This document shows, in pieces, positions 1-13,445 of a DNA stretch of 64,000 nt. This DNA is from Hydrolagus colliei (taxonomy: Eukaryota): assembly GCA_035084275.1 (NCBI GenBank), contig CM068742.1, positions 128,340,001 to 128,404,000 on the forward strand. Reading direction: 5' to 3'. Position numbers and translations under genes: made by a program. Numbering within the stretch: position 1 is the stretch's first letter; each line of letters starts with the position of its first letter. Below the pieces are notes generated by a model. It worked only from the letters and a program-made list of their open reading frames with translations, searched no databases and had not been told where the DNA came from.

Positions 1-654
1 GGCGCCTTCTTTTAAACAAATCAAACAAGCTGCCCTTTTACACATAAGTGGAGCGCTTATAGAAAACAGGGTCAGGGTTGATTCATCACCTGTCACACAC
101 CCTTATCACTTCCACCTTCAGCTTACCACCCCAACCACCATTTTGAGATGTCCTCACTAGTGAAAGGTGCTGTATGAACTTAGTTTGTATGGTATTAATT
201 GCACTGAGCTGTTCCACCGGGAGTCTGAGAAGACTATTGATTCTTGCTTGTTGGTTCTCCTTACTGCACAGGCTGGTGCTGGCCGAGGAGGATTCTACAA
301 TGCGTGAAACTTATTATGTTCTGTGCTCTGTTAATGGCACTGTTATGCTTACTGAGTAATCATTTCTGAGATGATTCTGCACCATTGTAATTCATTGTTG
401 CCAGGACTGCTTTTCAAGCTGGTCTCAGTACTCTGATACACTTTCAGGACAATGGGTGATTGTGAAAAATATATACCACGGAATCGAAGCCTGTTAGCCA
501 CCGCCAAGCAAGGTTTCTTGCTCTTACTCAGGGAATGGGAAGGATACTCTCAGGGAATGGGGTTTGAGGGATGATTCTCTTCTTTTAAGTCTGCAAACAG
601 TTGTCTTGCTTAGCGTGATTTGATTGACTGGGTTAATGGAAGGGTTGGAAATAA

Positions 655-1010
655 TTTTATACTTGCGTTTTATAAAGTACTTAATCATGCTGTTGATGTC
701 TCAAAGATCTTGATTGTGTATTTGTAGAACATAGGACAAATATGGCAGCCAATTTACGCAATGTCCCACCAATAGCCATGAAGTGGCTAACCATTCCCTT
801 TTCAAATAGTGCCATGAGATCATTAATATCCATCTGAACAGGCCTTTGGAACTTCAGTTAAATATTTCAGTTCAATGACAGCAGTTCTGATAATGCAACA
901 CTAACCCACCACCGCAACACAAGGTCAGCCAAGATTGTGAGTTCAAAGTCCCGACATGGGGCTTGAACCCATAACCTGATTTAGAGGTGGATGTGCTACC
1001 AACTGAGCCT
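655..1010 (-). mobile_element. Old DeuSINE (SacSINE1/AmnSINE-like), degraded
   Basis: Reverse-complement Deu motifs (ATGGCAGCCAATTT..TGTCCCAC; AAATAGTGCCATGAGATC..CATCTGAACAGG) and a tRNA-like head remnant (GGGGCTTGAACCCATAACC). Confidence 0.65.
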
Positions 1011-1324
1011 ACCAATGGGAAAACAAGACATATGGTCTTCATATGTGAAATTGACAACCTAAAGAAAAGTAATATTTCTGCATGTGTCAGATACCAGGCT
1101 GACCAAAGAAATTGAAACCACCAGTTGCGGACAACTTTTGTTGGACTCTCAGAGAGCATTAAAATCATTTAAGATTTTCTGTCATGTTTGAGATGTGTCA
1201 GTCAGTGTTGTGAACATGTCGAGGATCACAGCTTGTTGTCTGGCTGGAGACTGTGATACTTGTCGAATCCCAGCAATTGACTGACCATTCTGAATATAAA
1301 CAAAACACACAGAACATTACTTTT

Positions 1325-1932
1325 TCCCCATGTCTTGTCACATTTTTGGGATCAATTTTAATTATCCCCAGTTATTCTTCCTTCCCCATACCCAGCACCG
1401 CTTTCTTCCATCTCTGCCACGTTGGTATTATCCATCAATACCTCACCAAAAAACCTGCAGAAACCTTGGTTCACATATTTGTCACTTCTCAGCTGGACAA
1501 CGCCCTCACCTGCACCAAACTTTGCACTCCTATTACCCCAGTCCTTGCCAAATTCCATTAACTCCCTGTCACACAGCTGATCAACTTCAGACCTTATTCT
1601 TGTGTTTAAATCTCTCCACTCCTCAGAACCTCTTACCTCATCACAGCAGTACCCACTGCCTCCGCTCTACGGGATTCAGCCTCTCTGAATCCTCTGCTCC
1701 GCCATCGGCGGACATGCTTTCATCCACTATGCCCCGAAACTTTGGAACTTCCTCTCTTAACCCTCATTCCCCTCTTTCCCCATCTTCAGGTCTTGCCTGA
1801 AGACTTTTTTCTTTGACCATGCTTACTGTCACCATTCTCCTCCCCCTGGCTTGGCCTTGGGCACCACCATTATTTAGGGCTTTGAAATGCTGCCTGGTAT
1901 GGAGAGCTGTATATGAATGAAAGTTGTTGAAT
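1325..1932 (+). mobile_element. L2-clade LINE 3' fragment, degraded
   Basis: ORF pieces TAFFHL..AETLVHIFVTSQLD..PITPVLAKFH; ends TGAAAGTTGTTG. Confidence 0.85.
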
Positions 1933-2019
1933 TGAGTGCTGTCAGTGAAAAACAACAACTTATTCTTTCTATATGTTGCCCTATGTGACAGCATTAAGCA
2001 TGCCGAGGTATAATGTACC

Positions 2020-2315
2020 TCCCTGCTGTATTCAACCTCAGCTCCAAGAAACTGCTCAGTGCTGCAGCAATTACCAACAACTAAGATTTCTTACAGCCTC
2101 ACTGAATGAGATTGCTAATTTTGTGCCAATTAAGAATAAATTGTAGACTGATCTACACTCAGATTCATGCATCCTTGGAATTGGGTTGTGACTGATCAAA
2201 TTAATTTTACTTTGGGCTTGCACATAGCAAAGGGAGGAGATTTACATCTGTGTAATCTGTGCTGGATTCAAACCTAGAAGCAAAATAAAAATGTCAACGC
2301 CCTCTCTGCTGCACT
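2020..2315 (-). mobile_element. LF-SINE-like relic
   Basis: Minus strand reads GGTTTGAATCCAGCACAG..GCCCAAAGTAAAATTAATTTG..CCCAATTCC..AATTGGCACAAAATTAGCA..GCTGAGGTTGAATACA, collinear with blocks recalled from the LF-SINE consensus. Confidence 0.55.
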
Positions 2316-2471
2316 AATCTTATTAGAAATGCCTGTTTTCAAGGCTTCTAGAAAAAAAACTAACCATTTGTGACCTATTTGAAGTACTTCTCAAATCAAG
2401 CTATGTAAAAGTTCATTTGGGTTTCCTGGTAAAATGGAAGCTCAGAGAAAGTGACTTTATACATGAGCATT

Positions 2472-3243
2472 TGTGGGACATGGAGGAGGCCAGACACGGT
2501 GGAGCGAAGGCAACGGGTACTGGTATGAGGAGAGAGGAGGTCAGAGAGGTAGGGGGGTGCAGAGGAGTGGAGGGATTAGAAAACAATGGTGAGGATCTTG
2601 AAGTCGATCCTCTTGGGGATAGGGAGCCAGTGAAGTCTGGCAAGGACAGGGGTAATGGGGGAGCGAAGTTTGGTGCGGGTGAGTATGAGAGCGGCAGGGA
2701 TTTGAATCAGCTGAATTTTGTGGATTGTGGTGGCGGGGAGACCAGCGAGGAGGGCATTTAAATATTCCAGCCGTGAGGTGTCGAAGGCGTGGATCAGGGT
2801 TTTAGCTGCTTTTGGGGTGAGGTATTGCCGGAGATGGGCAATCCGTCGGAGGTGGAAGAAGGCGGTGTTGGTGAGGGACTGGATGTGGGGGAGGAAGAAT
2901 AGTTGGGGGTCGAATCTGACACCAAGGTTGCGCACAGGTTTGGAGAGTTTCAGGGGGAGATTGGGAAGGTGGAGGAGATGAGAGCCATGTGAATGGAGAT
3001 GTTGACGAGAGCCAAAGAGAATGGCCTCCGTCTTGTCAACATTCAGCTGCAAGAAATTTGTGCTCATCCAGCTCCTGATGTCTGACAGGCAGGCTGACAG
3101 AACATCAGGGGACTGGGGGTCACAAAGTGAAGTGGAGAAATAGAGTTGGGTGTCATCCGCGTAGATGTGGAAGTGTGCCCCATGTCTGCGGATGACATCC
3201 CCAAGAGGGAGCATATAGATGAGGAAGAGGAGGGGCCAAGGAT
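2472..3243 (-). mobile_element. Young L2-clade LINE RT fragment (ORF 2576-3214)
   Basis: LPLGDVIRRHGAHFHIYADDTQLY..QLNVDKTEAILFGS..VRNLGVRFD..PITPVLARLHWLPI..RIDFKIL. Confidence 0.95.
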
Positions 3244-3619
3244 GAATCGTTGAGAGAACACAATCTTTTGTTGTTGTTGATGTTGTATAAGGTTGAACTT
3301 GAGTTAAAGCTTTTTATTCTAGTAGTGCTATTGATAGAGATTGAAATCAATCCAGTTTACAGCTGTGCCCACACGTTATTAATATTTAAGTATTTTAATT
3401 TTTTTCCCAGATTTGGCTTTGCCCCTCCTCCCTGAAACTGCAAAAGCTTCATAAACCCAATGGGTCACCGCCAAACAGTAACCTTATTCAGTGGGTCATA
3501 GAGTGCTTGTCCCTCTATCTCTCAGTTCCAACATCGGAGGCCTCAGTTTCAGCCACTAAAACAACAACAAAGTTACATTTTCTTGTACTACTTCCCCAAA
3601 TTCAGGAAGACTATTCATT

Positions 3620-3785
3620 CTTCCTCTTCCTTGCCATCTCCTTCCACATCTTCAGGTCTCACCTGAAGATCTTACATTTGGATGTAAGGTTGCCCACCGA
3701 CTTGCTGTCATGTTTCGCTAATGCCAAGTGCTCTGGGATGTTATCCTATGTGAGGGACACTATATAATTGTAAGTTGTTGTTGTT
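3620..3785 (+). mobile_element. L2 3' end with (GTT)n tail
   Basis: TTCAGGTCTCACCTGAAGA..GTGCTCTGGGATG..CACTATATAATTGTAAGTTGTTGTTGTT. Confidence 0.7.
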
Positions 3786-4193
3786 AAGTGTGCATCATGT
3801 TAAGTGTACCAGCTTGCTGAGCCTAGACTATAAGCGGGCACAAGCAGCACAGCACTTTGTGAGCTTGAGCTTATAGAAACCAAGAATAAAACAAAACGGG
3901 TTTGAATGGTGGAGAAAGCATGGAGTCTCTAATATTACAACAACATTTAACAGGTAATACAGTACAATTTACATTTATACAGCATCTTTCAGTTTGGGAG
4001 TATGTCTATCTGTAGAAACATGGGTGGCAAGCTTCACCAGTAACAGGCTACCACTGATGTATTTGAGTTTATTACTTCAGATGTATCAGTATATAGCAAT
4101 GTTGTTCATTAACATTTTTTCAGAGATAGCAGTGAAATCTAAAGCTGACAGATATGGGGGAGAAAGCTCTCTTTCAGCAGCTAACGGTACAGT

Positions 4194-4527
4194 GGAGTCC
4201 TGTAGCTCAGTGATTTAGAGTCCTGTAGCAGAGTGGTTAAAGCACTCGCCTTGCAAGCGAGAGACCTGAGTTCAATTCCAGCAGGGCAAAACCTTGGGCA
4301 AATTTCTTTACTCCACATGCCTAATAACAATCCCTCAAAAAGTAATAATAAAATTGTTCATTTCAATCCATGACTGTTGTGGGATACTGCTGTGCGCAAT
4401 TGGCTGCCATGCTTCATCCACACAAAGTACAGTCAATGCCTTTACAGTATATTCTGTGAAACGCTGTGAGACCTCTAGAAAACATGAAAAGTGCTCTATC
4501 AAATGCAAGGGTTATTATTATTATTAT
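4194..4527 (+). mobile_element. tRNA-derived SINE, short form (SINE2-1_CM-like), with duplicated 5' head
   Basis: GGAGTCCTGTAGCTCAGTG A-box, GAGTTCAATTCC B-box, TTGGGCAAATTTCTTTACTCC, Deu-like CTGCTGTGCGCAATTGGCTGCC, tail AAATGCAAGGG(TTA)n. Confidence 0.9.
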
Positions 4528-5937
4528 CTCTTAGAGCCCAGTGTGGAGTTACAGAATACATAGGAGGTGATTTTAAAAAAATAAAGTTACGGCACCTGGT
4601 GCACTTTTCGCTCTCAAGAAGACAGGTGAAAATACAATGAAGGATAATTAATGTATCTAAAATGCTATTTACAGTATTTAATAGTATTCAAAATGTACAT
4701 GGTGCTGATATTCTTACTAAATTCAAATGCAAGCATCGTTAGAAAATCCTTTGGTCAATAGCAATCACAAGTGATTCCACGCCCTCCATGTCGGCTACAA
4801 AGTAGAGTATTATATACTAAGTACTGAATTGCTTTGATCAATGTATGAGTTTTTCATTTATTTATAGATTAATGGCAAATCCAAAGAAATTCCAGTCCCA
4901 GGGATGGACAAGGGTTACACTTTAATTTCGCACACAGTGGTTGGAATAAATATTAATTCTACTCTTTTTAAAAAAAACATGATTGAGGTGTAAAAAGCAG
5001 TTTTATTGCAATAATATTACCATGTCAGCCAACTTTGTGGGTAACAAGGTTTTGGGTCCAATTGGAGTTTCTGCAATACTGACAAAGAAACAGCTTCCAA
5101 ATTAAGACCATAAGTAAGATTTTCCAATTTTTGCAATTTCTTAAATTTCAAGCCAAATAATCTTACAACAGTGTGGATTTCAGGACCTCAATAGTACAAT
5201 TTCTAATATGTTGGTTGATCCACTATGATGGTTGGTGTAAATATATTATTTGGATGCCTTTTTGTTCACAGTGATGATTAATAAATTGAGTGGAAGTATT
5301 TTTGAGAATGTGAGAATGTGAAAATATCTAAAATCTTGTCCCATCTTGTATGCAGTATTCTGTCTCCTTCCCCTCCACTTTTATGTGGTGCAACATTGGG
5401 TTATTGATAAAATGACGCTCATATAGAAATTGTTGTCAAAGGCTAAAATCTGGCTCTTACAGCAGTTTATCAAGTTTACACTGGTTTTCAAGGCAAACTG
5501 TTCTTTCAATCCCACTACCCTGTCCTATCCTTATACCCTTTCATGAGCATGTGTACTTGTCTATTTCCCTATTAAAGCTACAATGTCTCTGGTACCTTAC
5601 AAAGCAGGGCATCACGCATTTGTGTTCAGATGGAATAATAATAATCCTTGCATTTCACGCAGGGGATTGTCACGCTGTTGAGATATCTCAAAGCACTTCA
5701 AAGAATATACTGTAAAATTAATTAACTGAGTATTTTGTTGCCAAAATACGGCTGACAGTTATGGTAGTTCATCAATATAATCAGACTCATCTCCTGCTCC
5801 CCTGGTATCAAATATTCTGAAAATGTGAAGTAGTTACAGAATTAATCAATACCTTAAGATTAATCAGTTTTATTTTTATAGTTTCAGGCAAACAAGCAGA
5901 ATGTTGATTCTTGATATTTGTTGACAAATGTAATTGA

Positions 5938-6160
5938 ATACAATACAAAACTGCATTTGTATAGTGCCTTTCACATCGGGAGATGTCTCAAGGTGCTGGA
6001 CAGTAAAGGATTTTAACCCAAGCAGGGGGTTGGATCGGGGAGTGTAGCTGAAGAGGAGGGTCTTGAGACATGCCTTGATGAAGGTACTATGGGATGGAGT
6101 TCCAAAGGGTGGGGGTAGGTCACAGAAGTAGGAAGGAGGAAAGCCATTGAGGGCCTTAAA
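5938..6160 (-). mobile_element. L2 3' fragment
   Basis: Reverse-complement tail ACAAAACTGCATTTGTATAGTGCCTTTCAC plus 3' body; abuts the next L2. Confidence 0.8.
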
Positions 6161-6770
6161 CAACAAACCACAACAAAATTACATTTATAGAGTCCTTTCA
6201 TGTCGGGAGGATGTCCCAAGGCAATGAACAGTCAGGTTGGGACCCGAGCAAGGGAGAGGGGCAGGGTAGGGGGGAGGGGTGGGGGGGGTTAGGAGGGGAG
6301 GGAGAGAGTTTAGGGGACAACAGAAGGCACGATCGAAGAGGAGGGTCTTGAGACCAGCCTTGAAGGAGGCAATGGAGGGAGTGAGGCGAAAGGACTGTGG
6401 GATGGTTCCAGAGTGTGTGGGCAGAGAGGCTAAAAGCCTGTACACCGAGGGTATGGCCGATCAGGCGGGGGACATGGAGCAGACCGGAGCCCGCTGAGCA
6501 GAGGGGCGGGCAGGTTCATAGAGGGACAGCAGGTCAGAGAGAAAGTGGGTGTGCAAGGCTGTGAGTGGCCTTGAAAGTGAGAACAAATATTTTGAACTTT
6601 CTCCTCTGGGGATGCGGAGCCAGTAGATCCAGGCAAGAATTGGGGTGAGCCTGATACAGGAGGGGACATAAGTTGCAGAGTTCTGGGTGATCTGCAGGTT
6701 ATGGAGCAAGATTTGGGAAGTGTATCAAGCATTGGCGTAGTTGAGCCTAGATGTGATAAATGCCTGAATC
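6160..6770 (-). mobile_element. L2 3' fragment
   Basis: Tail CAACAACAAAATTACATTTATAGAG; translation ASFKAGLKTLLFDRAF and LQITQNSA. Confidence 0.85.
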
Positions 6771-7334
6771 CACAACAGAAGCAAAATTGTCAAATTTCTT
6801 TGAGGTTAACAGAGCCATTCAAAGATTGAAAGGTTTTAGGAGATGTGGAAAACAGGAGAGGATTTAAAGCTGTGAGAAGAGTGAGCATAGAACCGAAATG
6901 TCACCTGAGCTGGACTTCTGAAGGAATTCCGTGAAAAGGGTGGAGAATCATATATTTTACAATTGAATAGAGTCTGGTTTAGATAAATTTAAGTCTGGGA
7001 AGTGGTGTGCCAGAGAAAAGAACAAAAAGCAATGCAATCAGATTGACTTGACAGTGAAACTATGGGAAAGGAATGTAATTGCAAGTCTGGTCGTCCATCA
7101 CTGTTGCTTTAGGTTTTGCAGTAAAACGACTTGTACACTTTTCCTGCTTCTTCTGCACGACTGCAAAGTCACCTGTCGGATCCACAGTTTCTTCACATCC
7201 TGCATGTGTCTGGTTTGGAATGTTATATTCTCTGTAAAAATATTCTTTGAAGCTCTTGTGTCAGTCATCATTGCTAACAATAAGAATTTTACTCTGTTGG
7301 CAAAGACTGCTTTGTAAAGACTGCTTTACTTTAA

Positions 7335-8712
7335 TCTACCTACTCCCAGCTCCACCTACTCGCCCCTCTCTTAATTGACATTATCAACCTTTCCTTATCA
7401 AATAGTACTGTTCTAACCTTCCTAAAAACAGATGCCATCACCCCCATCCGCAAAATGCCTTCCCCGTACCTATCCCTACTCTCCAGCTATCACCACATCA
7501 ACAACCTACTATTCTGTTCCTAGGCCCTGAATGAGTCATTGAGTCCTAACGTTGCTCTCCTTCAATCGGGTTTCTCAGTTGTTAACAGGCATCCCTCAGT
7601 GCTCTGACCTTGGCCCTCTTCTTTTCAATATTGGTATGCTCCCAGTTGGTGCCATCGTGTGCAGACATGATGGTCAAATTCCACATGTATGCGGATGACA
7701 CCCAACTCTACCTCTCTGCCTCCACCCTCGATACCAGAATTACTGCTGTATCACACATTGCCTGTCAGACATCATCCTGGATGAGAGCTAACTTCCTACA
7801 GATTGTCAATAAGAACAAGGCCCTGCAGCTTGCCTCCCATCAGCACCTCCGCTGTGCTACCATGCGCTTACAGCATCTCTCTCCATGTATGCTATCTACA
7901 TCTCACAGAGCCAATACGGAATCTCAGTGTCCTGTACGACCTTCAATTGTCCTTCATACCCCACGTCTGTTCCATATTCTGCTCCGCCTTTCCCAACCTC
8001 CGCAACATTGCTCAGTTCCGCCACTGTCTCACACTACAGGCTGCTTAGACCACATATACTTATCCATAACATCCAGGATTGTCTACACAAATTTGCTGCT
8101 TGTCAACCTCCCCAACTTCTTTTCCTATAGGCTACAGAACATGTGGAATCATTTTGGTATGAATATATATTGCATTGGGACCTCTCTCTGGACATCCAGA
8201 ACTCATGTTCATGTACTCTCCCACACAAGGTTCTGTGACTCTATCACCCCCATCCTTGTCCCACTCCACTGCTTCCCATTACACAGAGGTTACAGTTCAA
8301 GATCCTCGTCCACACCTTCAAATCCCTGAATAGCTTTGGTGGCTCCTACTTCTGTGAACCCCTAAACCCCTACTATCTTATCTATCTACTCCCTCTGCTG
8401 AGCAGACGCATGCCTGCTTTATGTTCCCTGACTCGTCGCCTCACCATTGGTGGGTGGGCCTTCAGCCACTGCCCCAACCCTCTGAAACTCCATCCTGCAG
8501 TCCCTCCAGCTTGTCCCATCCCTTGCCTCCTTCAAGACCCATCTCTCTAGATCCCCCTCTTCAACCGTTCCTTTGGTCACCCTACTCTAACCCTGCTCTC
8601 CATCCTCCTTGATACTGACCCCAGCTTGAGTCTGAAATACTGATTGTCCAGCACCTTGGGACGTTCTCCCAATGTGAAAAGCACTATAGAAATGTACTTT
8701 TGTTGTTGTTGT
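7335..8712 (+). mobile_element. L2-clade LINE, degraded RT plus 3' tail
   Basis: FHMYADDTQLYLS..WMRANFLQ..ITPILVPLHCFP; ends GCACTATAGAAATGTACTTTTGTTGTTGTTG. Confidence 0.9.
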
Positions 8713-10511
8713 GTAAATCTATGCAAAAACATCTTCCAAGGAACTATTCATTTGAACTTGCATTGGGACATTTCTCACGTCCTCACTTCTTACTCTGTAC
8801 CCATTTTTCATATTGTTAAGCACTGTGAGACAACAACACCTTTCACATCGGAAGGATGTTGTTTTCCATCAATTCAGTGGCTCTGTTTGAATGCAGTGTT
8901 CTTTCCAAACTTCTCTTGCAGTCATTTAAAAGTGTATTTAATTGTAAAATGACCAATTCCAAACACAGAGAGAAAGCTTTGTCAATAATGTGAGCAGTTC
9001 CATTCCTGTGTTAATTTTGGCAGATTCAGTAACTGCCTATTAAAGCTCTTGAATAACTTATTTGAACAGCAGGATTTTTTAAAGCATATGTTTGCAGCAA
9101 TCAAAATTTATATTTAAATGAGGAGTAGCTAGACATATTCACAATGTCAGGAAGTCTCCACTCATTGAGTAAAAACTCAGCTTTGTAAAATAGCAGAGAT
9201 TTGACTAGTTATGTCACGGGCATCTTTGTCAATCCCATGGTTTCTCCCAGCTGGTCCCGCCTTCCTGTGATTTTAGGTTAAGGAACAATAATCTGAGGCA
9301 ATAATAAGGGCAGAATTGATATAGTGGGACATGATTTATCTGTAACTCTCTAAAGAAAGGCACTGAAAATATGCTTTACCGTATATTCTGTGAAGCGCTG
9401 AATCAAATGCTAGGATAATAATAATTATTATTATTATGAACACTGTTATTTTAGTGTCAAACAAGCTGTGCAGAAAAGAGCAAAAAAAGTAAGTCAGGAG
9501 AAAAATGCAGCTTGATGTGCTTCTGAGCTAAGTTTTCTACTATCCATGACTCAGATCAATCATTCTGCAGGGATCAATATTCTTTTAGCTGTATTAGACC
9601 CTGTGATATTCCTGCTAATCTATAAAATTCATAGAAATGCTCTAAGCAATGTTCTTTGGATAACCCTGACGCAGCCGGTGCTCAGTCACCTCACAATAAA
9701 AAGCTGGCCTCACCTGTCACTCAAGCTCACTTGCTTGGGTGCATTTCATCAATTGTTATCAACCTGGTCACTGAATTGAGTCAGTAGCTTCACCTTTCTG
9801 GGAAAGGAAGAAAGGTTGAGCAGAAGAACAAAAATAGACATTATCTGCCTTATTTTGCATTCAGCCATAACTGCCAGTCACTTGGGTCATTGGAGCAGCA
9901 CTGACTGATCACAGTCTGATCAACACAGTCTGATCAGTCTGTTACTCCCCTAAGGGGAGGGCGTATTGAGACCTGCAATGGTAAAGAATAGGAAATTGAG
10001 TATCAAAATAGAGAATCTTCTATTCATGGAAATATAAGAACTGCTATTTATCAGTAAAGTGGTGGTTTAAGAGTTCTTACAAATCCTGTGTTAAAAGCGT
10101 AAATGCTGCTGGATTTCACCTCCAGCATTTTGCATAGCCTTATTTCCCTTTGATTTTTTTCTGAAAAGCTCTAATTATGCATCTTTACTGACAGATATCC
10201 TGAATTGCATATCACCAAAATAAAATTACTAGTTAGAAATATCTTGCTTGAGTTGATGTATTTCATTTACATGCAGCAGTAAGCCAGGTGTATGAATGTA
10301 CGTGTGACAAAATATTCATCTACCCTTGTAAAGGAGAAAGAATGCAAGCCTACACTGTCCAGTATGTAACACTGAACAAGCCTTTTCCTATGAATATATA
10401 GCAATGAGATGTTGTGCAATCCTGTTGCAGTTCAGATGTTCGTTTATTTAAAAGATAGTTGTAGATATTGATAAAAGATCCATAATTGTCTTCTCTCTTA
10501 ACCCTCTTTAG

Positions 10512-10553
10512 ATCTCTGTCCTGGGACGACAACAGAATGTACCTTGAAGGAAG
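10512..10553 (+). other. Candidate 42-nt symmetric cassette exon of an unidentified gene
   Basis: Pyrimidine tract with CTTAAC branch-like site, then TTTAG|; donor AAG|GTAGGC; length divisible by 3; open in two frames (xLCPGTTTECTLKE or xSLSWDDNRMYLEG); lies in non-repeat sequence. Confidence 0.4.
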
Positions 10554-11789
10554 GTAGGCTTTGAATTTTACTTTAAATTTTTTTCTTCACATTTATATGT
10601 ATCAGCACACATATTCCGTTTTCCTTTCGAGTTTGGGCACAAATTAATTTCCCTTTTTTTTTGAGGATTACCTGTTAGTGTTTATAAATCATGAATTCAC
10701 TGTATATTATTTTGTGTGGGTGCTATGATCCAGTTAAAGCTGCCTTCACATGTACGGTTTTAAGTGGTGGTGTATTGAAGCCAAATCCTGGGATAAGATT
10801 AGAGGTTTAATGATGCTTTAGAGGAATCACCTCATGAACCAAATGGCTTTTCTTTGACTTGTTCCAAGATTCCAAGATAGAGGTTTCCTTTTCCATCACT
10901 AAGCTCTAAAGCGCTGTGAGCCATTTTGTTGTGATAAGGCAAAGTTGGAACCCACATTAAATCATGGTACTGTACTATCAAGAGAGTATTTATTGCTGGC
11001 TCTCGTAGAGTCAGTAACATTGGGATGTTTTTTTTATCTCTTACTACTGGCCTTCTCTTTAAACATTCCACCAAGTGTGCATGAGACTTATAATCAGTCC
11101 ATTCATGAGGCTGCCACAGGAGTTAGTGTGGAATCCGGTTGAATGCGTGAATGGGTCGGTGCATCACTTTGAATTTATCAATATTTTTATCATATTATAT
11201 CTCATGTTATACATTTATCAGTGTTTTGTTTGTACCTGAGCTCTGATGATGATAATGATCCATGAAATGTGTATCTTTCGTTGATTGCTCCATGTTGTCA
11301 CCTCAAGGATGTTTCTTCTCTTACTGTAACTTCTTGTCCAGTGAAGAAAAAATGCAGCGTTAACTCTTTTTAAAAAAATATATATTTTACTAATGAATTG
11401 TGATCACTATCCATATTTCCATTCAATGGACATCACTATATCTCACACTAGCACTTGCTTATATGTGACTGGATGCTTGTGAAAAGAGCAAATTCAATAA
11501 TGCTCTCATTTTTGTGTGATATTGTTGAATTATTTATATTCTGTAACATCCACACAAAAGAGCAACGCATCGCTTCTAATGAGATGTTCTCTGCTGCATC
11601 TTTAGTTGAATAACACAAAACTAATCAGTCACACATTGGTGTCTCATGTTATCAGTCAAATTAGAGATCAGCTTGGGATTCATGTGCATAATGACAACAA
11701 CAACTGCATTTATATTTTGTAAAGCACTTTGAGACAGTTACGTCTAGAATATATGAAAAGCGATGTATCAAATTTGAAGATTATTATCA

Positions 11790-12225
11790 TATTGCGCCCT
11801 TCACCTTGGGATGCATCCCAGAGTGCTTAATAATGGCAGAGCCAGATGCCGAGCCAGGGGAGGGGAAGGTGACCATAGGCACGATCGAAAAGGATCGTCT
11901 TGATGCGCAACCTGAAATGGTGAAGAGGGGGAAAGGTGAAGTGGTTGAGGGAGGGAAGTTCCATAGCTTTGGGACGTAGTGGCTGATGGCACAGCTGGCA
12001 ATGGTGCAGTGGTGGCTTCAATGACAATGAGGAGGCCGGAGCCAGAAGCCTAGAGGTGCTGTGTTATACTGTGAGCAGAGAGAAGGTTGGAGAGATGTGG
12101 GCTTACAAGGCATGGAGGGATTTAACACTAGAGTAAGGATCTTAAATTCAATCTGCTCTGTGATAGCGAGCCAATGGAGTTTGGCAAGGAATTGGGTAAT
12201 CGTTAGTTTGGGTGAGAATGCGGGT
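11790..12225 (-). mobile_element. L2 3' fragment
   Basis: ITQFLAKLHWLAITEQIEFKILTLV; FRLRIKTILFDRAY. Confidence 0.85.
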
Positions 12226-13269
12226 GGGAGGGGTGTACACAAATTAGGTTGGCAACAAATAAAGAGCACAAATAAGATGAAACTGAGAGTGAAATATTTC
12301 TGCACAATCTTACTCAGCTTCAAAATGTCTTGACTGCATCACATCAATAAGGATGATATGCTAATATTTCAATAAACGGCTGATCTTGCTTTGTGAATGG
12401 AAAATAGAGAGACTATTTTGGATTGCTCATGATCAGCAGTGAATTATTCTACGTAGCACAACAGACTTTGTCAATGCCATAGTGAGATCTTTAAATTTAT
12501 GTAAGAAAATAGGAGCAGACAATTCAGCCATCAAATCTGGTCCACCTGTATATTCTGGTTTACTATTATTTATATATCCGTTTAAAAAGTGTAAAAGCTG
12601 CCTTATTTCAGAAGATCAAAAAACTAATGGTTCCTTTTCAAATTTATTAGGAATTCACAAAGTACATGGCTGGTCTCATCATTTCAGATTGGTGAGCAGT
12701 GACTTGCTCAGTTTTGCACACTTTTTTTGTTTATCTTTGCTTTCTGACCTCTCAATGACTGTTGCCCCTGCCAATGATTGGGTTTAGGTCTATGCCTTCC
12801 CTATAGATAATGCTGGTTATATTCTAAAATAACAACAAACTTGGTGTGTCATCACCAACACAGAATCAGGACACAATGATCCAGCCCTGTATAGACTCGG
12901 GGATTATCCCAGTAGAATGGCTGCAATGAGCATGACTAACAGTGCTCCCATGGAACAAATGTTTAACAGCAGCTGATGTGCCTTGGCTTGGTGAATTACA
13001 TCAACGATTCCAAGTCAAGAATTGGCACAATTTTTTCAAGGGTGTTGCAGGAGTCCAAATAATGAGTTGTGGCTCCAATTTAACAGGGCTGAGTATAGCA
13101 GTGACCAATCACAGTGTCCTTTCAACTTTGGGATGTGGGCCTGAATGCAGTGCAGAATGGTGAGATGAAAGCTCTTTCCCTCATTGGGATAAGCCAAGGC
13201 AAAACCGAAGTTGGGTGCAGATCCAGGGGTTCTGAAGTGCAATTTCAGGACAGACACAACCATATGCTG

Positions 13270-13445
13270 TATTTCTTTACCCCCAAAGTTATTAATGATT
13301 GGAAGAGATTGCCAGGAAGATGGTCTGAAGGCAGGACACTGGATTTATTTAAGAAATAGATTGATGCTGTAATGGGTGGACACTAGGGTAAGGATTCAGG
13401 GAGGATAACATTAGATGGCTGGAAAGTTTGCCTTCATCCAAAACT
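13270..13445 (+). mobile_element. CR1 3' fragment, degraded
   Basis: FFTPKVINDWKRLPGR..LDLFKK. Confidence 0.65.

Noticed and set aside
174-359. 61-aa ORF with a signal-peptide-like start, and an acceptor at 271
   Set aside because: No recognisable homology and a weak donor; consistent with chance.
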